This document shows positions 8,207 to 14,452 of a stretch of DNA of 53,893 nucleotides, piece after piece. A program made the translations under genes and the position numbers. This stretch comes from a virus (lineage: Duplodnaviria > Caudoviricetes): the IMG/VR virus record IMGVR_UViG_3300007352_000015; one strand, given 5' to 3'. The notes beneath the pieces are model-generated. The model was not told the DNA's origin. It was given only the letters and a program-made list of their open reading frames with translations, and made no database searches. Each line of letters starts with the position of its first letter. Position 1 is the first letter of the stretch.

Positions 8207-8212
8207 TGTTGC

Positions 8213-8395
8213 ATGGAGAAAACGATGACCATCTACTGTCGTAAGTGCGGCCAGCCGGAGAGAGCGCTCAACCTGCATACCGGCGAACGCCATAACGTAA
8301 AACATGGCGATAACGTCAAGTCCATCCTGTGTTCCAACTGTATCCAACTGGCCTACCTGGAAAAAGATCGCAAGAAAAAGGAGGCGGCGGCATGA
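8213..8395 (+). CDS. Small zinc-ribbon protein
   Basis: CRKC...CSNC. Confidence 0.6.
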   Translation: MEKTMTIYCRKCGQPERALNLHTGERHNVKHGDNVKSILCSNCIQLAYLEKDRKKKEAAA

Positions 8396-8751
8396 ATCGC
8401 AAGGATATGCTCCAGTTGTGTATAGCCGCCCCACTGGCCGCGATAGGGATTAAGGCCGCCTTGGGACAAGCCCCGCCAACTGTTCCGCGTTACGAGATAT
8501 TTTGCGAACCAGCGTGCTATGGTGACGAGGAAACCGGCGTAGCTGTACGAGATGGAAATGCGATTATTGAAATTCACGTATTGCCTGACCGCTCCTTGCA
8601 TGATTCCGTAAAAAGGATTATGGCTATAGAAGATCGCTATCAGCCTTGTCGTGTACATGTTGAGAGGTACGGCATTGGGATGGCCTATCTCGACATGGCG
8701 CGAGACAACGGAAGGCAATGGTATGAAGTTGATCGCAGGGGGTGGATGTAA
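8392..8751 (+). CDS. Tat-like leader fused to a partial terminase-nuclease-like domain
   Basis: MNRKDMLQLCIAAPLAAIGIKA leader; body aligns by eye with the C-terminal domain of this window's TerL; AGGAGG RBS. Confidence 0.65.
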   Translation: MNRKDMLQLCIAAPLAAIGIKAALGQAPPTVPRYEIFCEPACYGDEETGVAVRDGNAIIEIHVLPDRSLHDSVKRIMAIEDRYQPCRVHVERYGIGMAYLDMARDNGRQWYEVDRRGWM

Positions 8752-9018
8752 ATGCCTTATAAACGAATGAACCGGAAGTCGTTTTTGGGCCTATGTATAG
8801 CCGCTCCGCTGGCCGCCATCGGCATTAAAGCGCTGCCGAAGAAGCCCCATCTAAACTTGGATGAGAAGACGGTGTGGGTGGATTGCAGGTGCGCCAAGGG
8901 CCGGGGTGATGGTACACCGTCCAATCCATACGCTACTATCGGAGAGGCCGTCGAATCCTTTGGGGGGCCAGCCACGGGAACTGTCGTTTTAACTGCCGAG
9001 GGACTTTATGCCTTATAA
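8752..9018 (+). CDS. Tat-like leader fused to a beta-helix N-cap (DUF1565-like) fragment
   Basis: MNRKSFLGLCIAAPLAAIGIKA leader; KTVWVD...GDGTPSNPYATIGEAV. Confidence 0.65.
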   Translation: MPYKRMNRKSFLGLCIAAPLAAIGIKALPKKPHLNLDEKTVWVDCRCAKGRGDGTPSNPYATIGEAVESFGGPATGTVVLTAEGLYAL

Positions 9019-9223
9019 GCGCCTATCTACTTACAGTCATAGGCTTACGCTTGTACTTGGCAGTCCGATACGCGGCCTGACGCATAGGCAGTGGAAGGAT
9101 TGCAGGGCTTGGATCGGTCGTCGCGCCGTTCCTCCGGCGACGAAGAAGGCGTGGCTGAACAACGCCATGCTGATGCACCGGCTGGCAGCGGTTGTATCGC
9201 CAAGAAAACACTACTGGTCGTAG
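9008..9223 (+). CDS. Small basic hypothetical protein
   Basis: GAGGG RBS; starts MPYKR like the preceding gene. Confidence 0.5.
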   Translation: MPYKRLSTYSHRLTLVLGSPIRGLTHRQWKDCRAWIGRRAVPPATKKAWLNNAMLMHRLAAVVSPRKHYWS

Positions 9224-9232
9224 ACCAATCCC

Positions 9233-9470
9233 CTCCCGATCCTTCGTGGTCGGGGGCGCGAGGGCGAGTCTCTAACGTACAGTGCGTTGGACAAAGGCAA
9301 CTCGCCCTCTGCTAACGGCGGAGCGAACATGGACGTGGACTTCGCCTAAAAAAATACAGCCGAACGTCCGTCGCCTCGTATCCGGTATGCCGCTATACAA
9401 ATCGATCTTTACCAGCGGAGAGCACGGGGCGGCTTGGGGCAAGACGCCGGATTACCCAAGCCACGTTCGT
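9233..9470 (+). ncRNA. Candidate structured RNA upstream of a tRNA-like element
   Basis: Stems 9233-9241/9248-9256, 9260-9269/9300-9309 (perfect 10 bp) and 9431-9438/9455-9462. Confidence 0.4.
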
Positions 9471-9496
9471 CCTAAAATAAAAGAACTGAAAACTTT

Positions 9497-9571
9497 GGAG
9501 CGGAGCGCGGTGCCAATGACCGACTGGTAAGGCGGCCCTGTTGGCCGGTTCGATTCCGGCCCGCTCCATCA
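9497..9571 (+). tRNA. Degenerate tRNA or tRNA-like element (Thr-GGT-like loop, ends in TCA)
   Basis: Perfect acceptor stem GGAGCGG/CCGCTCC and T arm GCCGG-TTCGATT-CCGGC at standard spacing; D and anticodon stems non-canonical. Confidence 0.55.
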
Positions 9572-9573
9572 AA

Positions 9574-9725
9574 ATCCGAAGCGGCGCGATAATTGTGGAC
9601 GCGCTTAGTCTGTTCGCCAGAGAGATCGCCCTCGGTTGGTACGTCCCATCCTGTAGTCCACATGCAGGGGGCAACGTGGTGTGCAGTGGCTTGAGCCAAC
9701 TGCCGGAAACCAGCCAGCTTCGGAT
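9574..9725 (+). ncRNA. Candidate ~150-nt structured RNA with kissing loops
   Basis: Closing helix ATCCGAAGC/GCTTCGGAT; loop TGTGGA (9594-9599) complementary to loop TCCACA (9657-9662). Confidence 0.5.
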
Positions 9726-9798
9726 ATTTTAAGAACCGACAGTTCGTACCAGTTTTCCGAGCGATGTAACTATATTTCTGCAAAAGGGGGATATAAAG

Positions 9799-9951
9799 AT
9801 GAACTTTGATTTATATCCAATCAAAGCTGAAGGCGCGTTGATGCCTACGCCCGGCGGGTGTGTTGAGAGTAAATTGTGGCGGAGCGGGGTTTTACTTAAA
9901 ATTAAACGAGCGATTTATGTGCTATTCCCAAGTCTCGATAAGGGATGGTAG
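9799..9951 (+). CDS. 50-aa protein resembling the N-terminus of the gp10-like tail hub
   Basis: AAGGGGG RBS; MNFDLYPIKAEGALMPTPG...GVLLKIKRAIYVLF. Confidence 0.55.
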   Translation: MNFDLYPIKAEGALMPTPGGCVESKLWRSGVLLKIKRAIYVLFPSLDKGW

Positions 9952-9956
9952 TTGGA

Positions 9957-10100
9957 ATGGAATGTCCGATCTGCAATAATATTTGGGAACCGATAGTCGT
10001 CCTGAACGCTGGCGAGATTCTGCCGGAAACGGTGACATGCCCGGCCTGCGGTTGTGAAGTCGAAGTTGATGACGATTGGGAGATGGTGGAGGAAATATGA
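9957..10100 (+). CDS. 47-aa acidic zinc-ribbon protein
   Basis: MECPIC...TCPACGCEVEVDDDW. Confidence 0.6.
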   Translation: MECPICNNIWEPIVVLNAGEILPETVTCPACGCEVEVDDDWEMVEEI

Positions 10101-10264
10101 AACTCAAATCCTACAAGTCGTTCCACGACCAGTTTAAGGAGTGTCGCCGGGATGGGGTCAACACCTATCAGGGTGAGCTTAAGCCGTTGCATTGCACCAA
10201 GTTCAATGCGGACTGCAAGGGTTCGACATGCAAGCATGAAAGGATAATCTACGAAGATGATTAA
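10097..10264 (+). CDS. Small Cys-rich hypothetical protein
   Basis: GGAGG RBS, ATGA overlap. Confidence 0.5.
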   Translation: MKLKSYKSFHDQFKECRRDGVNTYQGELKPLHCTKFNADCKGSTCKHERIIYEDD

Positions 10265-10577
10265 GCTGCCAAAGTCCTATATGACCTGCGGCGTTCCACT
10301 TAAGATAGTTCGCGTTGAAGGCTGTGGCGGCGAGTTTGAGACCGACCTTAATAGCGGGACGATAGGACTTGGCCGGGAAGCGCAGGAGGCCGACTTGGTG
10401 TTGGCCTTCATGCATGAAATAGCGGAAGCTTCGGCATCCGAGATGGGTGTGCGCTACACAAAGACGATAGGGGCAAAGCAGTATCTTTTTTGCTGCGACC
10501 ATGAGCAGTTTTCGTTGTGGATACAGGAAGTGGCCCGTGGTGTTTACGATCTGCTTCAAGCCAACCGGAGCAAGTGA
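10257..10577 (+). CDS. Small zincin-like protein (HExxE)
   Basis: IKLPKS...GTIGLG...FMHEIAEA pattern of phage metallopeptidase-like proteins. Confidence 0.5.
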   Translation: MIKLPKSYMTCGVPLKIVRVEGCGGEFETDLNSGTIGLGREAQEADLVLAFMHEIAEASASEMGVRYTKTIGAKQYLFCCDHEQFSLWIQEVARGVYDLLQANRSK

Positions 10578-11038
10578 TGTATATCCTTCCTAACTATAGC
10601 TTTACTTGGCTCAAGAAGGCTTGGTTCGGCCTTGGACTGGTGGTCTACGTCTGTATCTTTGCCGTAGTGGCGGGGGTGATTTTGGCCGTCGAATTTAAGA
10701 GATACCTGATCTACGTCGGGGCCGTCATCGGCCTGCTGCTGGTGATCGTTCTGACATCATGCACCATCAAGGCTACGATACTGCCTGCGCCGATAATGGC
10801 AGCGGATACCGTGGTTGATACCATCTACGTTTTCCCCCACCGAGCTATCGACTTTATAAACGACATGACAACCAATAGACCGAAGTGGCAACAGTATTTC
10901 AGCGGCTACCGGATAACCGCCGACGATACGCTGTACGTCAAGTTCTCCTACGAGTCAATGGGCGAGGATGCCCTGCCGGAAGAAACACAGTGCTGGATAT
11001 GGGATAAACGCTGGAATGCGTGGCATTTGAAGGAATAA
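10577..11038 (+). CDS. Membrane protein, two TM helices, possible internal lipobox
   Basis: Two hydrophobic helices ending LTSC; DTV/DTI/DTL motifs follow. Confidence 0.6.
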   Translation: MYILPNYSFTWLKKAWFGLGLVVYVCIFAVVAGVILAVEFKRYLIYVGAVIGLLLVIVLTSCTIKATILPAPIMAADTVVDTIYVFPHRAIDFINDMTTNRPKWQQYFSGYRITADDTLYVKFSYESMGEDALPEETQCWIWDKRWNAWHLKE

Positions 11039-11041
11039 CTC

Positions 11042-11130
11042 GTGCTGTGCCGGGGCACGTGAGTGATAAAATAGTGGCCAAAACCCCCTGGGCCTCGAAG
11101 CGGGGAACCATAAGACCCCCGGCACAGCAC
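11042..11130 (+). ncRNA. Intergenic element closed by a perfect 14-bp inverted repeat
   Basis: GTGCTGTGCCGGGG 11042-11055 / CCCCGGCACAGCAC 11117-11130. Confidence 0.55.
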
Positions 11131-11148
11131 CTTAACTAAGGAGGCAAT

Positions 11149-11448
11149 ATGAACTGTCCAAATTGCGGACGCGAGATGTCCGAACAGGAAGTGATCCAGC
11201 ATCTTCAGAAGAAGATCGAGCGGCTGGAGGCCGAACTGTCGGCGGAAAGGATGAAGCCAAAGGAGATACTGCCAGTGCCGTATCCGTATCCGCCAGTGCC
11301 GCAGTGGCCGCCGTATTATACTTGGACAACTCCCAACACCGGTACGCCGCCGCCGAAGCCCGATTATGAAATTACTTGTGGCGACGATATCCATCATGCC
11401 GTTTTTACTTGGAGTTGCAGTGGCTTGCCGCATCCGTCTGCACGCTAA
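11149..11448 (+). CDS. Hypothetical protein (CPNC, coiled coil, Pro-rich)
   Basis: AAGGAGG RBS. Confidence 0.65.
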   Translation: MNCPNCGREMSEQEVIQHLQKKIERLEAELSAERMKPKEILPVPYPYPPVPQWPPYYTWTTPNTGTPPPKPDYEITCGDDIHHAVFTWSCSGLPHPSAR

Positions 11449-11465
11449 CTCAACCTGGAGGCAAC

Positions 11466-12473
11466 TTGGCGATACGCCTTGATACCGCGCAAGAGAGAAT
11501 CGATTACGCTGACAAGCATGGGGAGCAAGCCGCGCTGGAGCATTTCGCCCTCCGGCCTGAGACGCTTTTGCGTTACAGGATGCTCCTTGAAAATCACGAG
11601 CGGGGCCGTGAGATGCAGGAGTATCAAGCCATCTTCGACAAGTGCGCCCCGAAACGGTGGACTGACTATCCAAGGCTGTATGGTGACCATCTGGTTCTGA
11701 ACGATATCCACTTGCCGTTTATTGACATGGCCTTACTGGACAAGGCGTTACAGGTTGCGGATATACTTGGCTTAAAGCAACTCGTAATTTTGGGTGATCT
11801 GATTGACTTCGAGTCTGTGTCCAAGTTTGACTTCGGCGGCGATCAATATACGCTCATGGATGAGCTTTACATCGCCCGCGACTACCTGAAGGAGATGGAG
11901 AAGCGGTTCGACCGTATCACGTTCATCCGTGGGAACCACGATGAAAGGGTGATAAAATTTCTCAAACGCATTAAGAAGATGTTCGAGGCAAATACTAAGG
12001 ATGACGAGTTTGCCGCCTACAGTGCCATTCTCGGCGTAAACGTCTCGGATACGCCGTGGCATCAGTATAAGAAGTTCTTTGAATCCGACAAGGTAGTTGT
12101 AAGCAACTACGCCAAGTGCGAGATCGAGGGCAAGTATATCGGCCTGCATCCATCCAGTTATTCCAAAAACCCGCCGACAGTGGAGAAACAGTTTGCTTAC
12201 AAGTACCATCGGCATATCATTGGAACGCACGCCCACATGTCGGCGCTGGGCTTCGATATGTCCGCCGACTATATAACCATCCAGCTTGGCGGCATGGTAG
12301 ATAAAGACTTGGTATTCTATAAGAATATGCGCGAAACCACGCATCCCGACTGGCTTCCGGCGTTCGGCTGGATCAAGGATAAGAAGCTCGGCTACTACAT
12401 GGATCACCCCGACCTGATGCAGTTATTCGACTACGTAGCAATCGGGCGGGAGCAATCAACCAAGGGGGAATGA
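11466..12473 (+). CDS. Calcineurin-like metallophosphoesterase
   Basis: NDIH, GDLID, GNHD, H and GTHAH motifs; likely TTG start at 11466 after GGAGG. Confidence 0.85.
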   Translation: MAIRLDTAQERIDYADKHGEQAALEHFALRPETLLRYRMLLENHERGREMQEYQAIFDKCAPKRWTDYPRLYGDHLVLNDIHLPFIDMALLDKALQVADILGLKQLVILGDLIDFESVSKFDFGGDQYTLMDELYIARDYLKEMEKRFDRITFIRGNHDERVIKFLKRIKKMFEANTKDDEFAAYSAILGVNVSDTPWHQYKKFFESDKVVVSNYAKCEIEGKYIGLHPSSYSKNPPTVEKQFAYKYHRHIIGTHAHMSALGFDMSADYITIQLGGMVDKDLVFYKNMRETTHPDWLPAFGWIKDKKLGYYMDHPDLMQLFDYVAIGREQSTKGE

Positions 12474-12706
12474 TGGAACTGACAATACGATTTAACCAAG
12501 ACGAGCAGGGTTATTATGTGTCGGCTGGACACAAATGGGGAGAAATGGGCGAATCGCAGGGGCGGTGCGCTACTATCCTGATGGGAATTCAAAACGTGTT
12601 GCAAAGGCAAATTATGGATCATCGATCTCGCATTAAGGCGCTTCAGTCTGAATTGGAGATGCTGGATGAGACCTTGAAAGAACTGTCTTGCGTTAAGGGG
12701 GAATGA
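12470..12706 (+). CDS. Hypothetical coiled-coil protein
   Basis: AAGGGGG RBS; coupled on both sides. Confidence 0.6.
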   Translation: MMELTIRFNQDEQGYYVSAGHKWGEMGESQGRCATILMGIQNVLQRQIMDHRSRIKALQSELEMLDETLKELSCVKGE

Positions 12707-13989
12707 TGGCAGATTATAAAGACAAGCCTTTGATCTGTATTGATTTTGATGGCACAATAGCGCAGTACGACGGATGGAAGGGCATCGGCGTTTTTGGTGA
12801 ACCGTTGCCGGGAGTGGCGGCAGCACTGGCAAGATTACGGGACAGCTTCCGCTATCAGATATGCGTCTTCACTACTCGCGGCGAAGTGGACGCGATCAGG
12901 GATTACCTGAAGCGCAATTGCATTCCATTCGATTACATCAACGATGCTCCGGTGATGGATGGACAGAATCCCGGCAAGCCGCCAGCCAAGTATTTCATCG
13001 ATGACAGGGCTGTGCGCTTTGAGGGTAGCTGGACGCGGGTCATGCGCCAGATTGAGGAGCTTGACGAAATCGAGATGACCAGGAACGGCGCGGCGTACCA
13101 TGTGGGGATAACGGATGAACCTGCCCCTGAACTTCCGACTCACGCCTGCCAGTGCGGTTGTACGACCGATGAAGCCAGTGGCTATGTGCCCCGGTACGCG
13201 ATGAAATCCTACGGCTATTCGTTGACGAAAGACAAAGCTACAGGCGAGTCAACATGGAAGGCGATTGGTGAAGCGCCACCCGTGGTCGTCAGTGAACCGG
13301 AAAGCTGTTGGTGTGGCAGAGAGCTTGAGTCCAAAGGTTCTCCTGACTTCATCGGCGATGATGTAAACACCATGCCGGTCTGCACTATGCACTACTCCTG
13401 TCCCGTCCACGGCCAGTATTACGATAAGCCGAGAGGGATAGCGATCTCAGGCAAGGCCCGAAGTGGAAAGTCCACCTTAACCGATATGCTTATCAAGGCA
13501 TTTCCATCTCCGTCGTCTTGGCACGAGGAGTCTATCGCCACGCCGCTCAAGATCGAGTGGTTCAAGACTAATTGCGTAGAAAGATTCGCAATGGGCGAGG
13601 TGGCCGATATTGTGAGCGAGGTGAATCGCCTTAAGTTGTCCGACCCCAAGGTGCGTCCAGGTCTGATAGTTTTGGGACAGATGCGTCGGGCGCAAGACCC
13701 AGACTACTGGCTTAAACAGTTGCCCTTGGGCGAAGGAGCCATTGTCTCGGATTGTCGGTTTAAGAATGAATTTGAATATCTCCAGCAGCATGGGTTTTAT
13801 ATGATTCGAGTCAATGCGACTGCGGATACGCGGGCAGCGCGAGGACAAATGGATATAGACGATTCATCAGAGACCGAGTTGGACGACCCGGAAATCCAGT
13901 GGGACAAAGTGATTGACAATGACTCTACCTTCTTGGTGTTGGCCGACAATGCCGATGATGTTGTGCGTAAGGTAAGGAGGCTTGGATAA
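12703..13989 (+). CDS. HAD-family phosphatase fused to a dNMP-kinase-like P-loop domain
   Basis: IDFDGTI...FTTR...KP...IDDRA (HAD); ISGKARSGKST...PLK...DPDYW...SDCRFKNE...SETELD (kinase). Confidence 0.8.
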   Translation: MMADYKDKPLICIDFDGTIAQYDGWKGIGVFGEPLPGVAAALARLRDSFRYQICVFTTRGEVDAIRDYLKRNCIPFDYINDAPVMDGQNPGKPPAKYFIDDRAVRFEGSWTRVMRQIEELDEIEMTRNGAAYHVGITDEPAPELPTHACQCGCTTDEASGYVPRYAMKSYGYSLTKDKATGESTWKAIGEAPPVVVSEPESCWCGRELESKGSPDFIGDDVNTMPVCTMHYSCPVHGQYYDKPRGIAISGKARSGKSTLTDMLIKAFPSPSSWHEESIATPLKIEWFKTNCVERFAMGEVADIVSEVNRLKLSDPKVRPGLIVLGQMRRAQDPDYWLKQLPLGEGAIVSDCRFKNEFEYLQQHGFYMIRVNATADTRAARGQMDIDDSSETELDDPEIQWDKVIDNDSTFLVLADNADDVVRKVRRLG

Positions 13990-14366
13990 TGCCGAAGTTA
14001 ATGGATTTAACGGGTCAGCGATTCGGCAAATTGCGGGTCGTTGAGAGGGCCGACAACACTCGTGACGGTAGAACGAGGTGGCTATGCAAATGCGATTGCG
14101 GAAAGATAGTAATCAAGGGCGGTCGCCATTTAAGAAACTCAGACTGTCCCTCTTGCGGTTGCCGCTTCATGAAGATAAGGGCACCGTCAATAACAACCTT
14201 TGCCCTGCGCGGCAAGAAGTACACGCATATAGTATATCCGACCGGATTCATCGTTCCACCGGAGGAATATATGGTGGATGGAAAACCAGATACCCAGAAG
14301 ATGATGGATGCGATACAGAAAAGAACGTGTATGGTCTTTGATCCCGACACCGAAGAAATCTCTTGA
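13989..14366 (+). CDS. Zn-binding domain typical of HNH/AP2 homing-endonuclease N-termini, nuclease part absent
   Basis: DLTGQRFGKLRVV...WLCKCDCG...SCGC. Confidence 0.7.
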   Translation: MPKLMDLTGQRFGKLRVVERADNTRDGRTRWLCKCDCGKIVIKGGRHLRNSDCPSCGCRFMKIRAPSITTFALRGKKYTHIVYPTGFIVPPEEYMVDGKPDTQKMMDAIQKRTCMVFDPDTEEIS

Positions 14367-14452
14367 CAAAACGGGTTGACTTTATTACTCCATTAATATG
14401 GAGGGGTATGTCGTTCAGCATGGAAGCGTCTTAATTATCCCAAGGATGGGAC

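Noticed and set aside
9330-9571. tmRNA gene
   Set aside because: The 3' end is tmRNA-like and an A-rich stretch precedes GCC, but no short tag ORF ending in Ala-Ala-stop and no convincing tmRNA 5' end at a suitable distance
9957-10100. LysW amino-group carrier protein
   Set aside because: Similar acidic zinc ribbon but lacks the C-terminal EDWGE motif
13989-14366. Active homing endonuclease
   Set aside because: Only the N-terminal Zn-binding segment is present; no HNH or other nuclease motif
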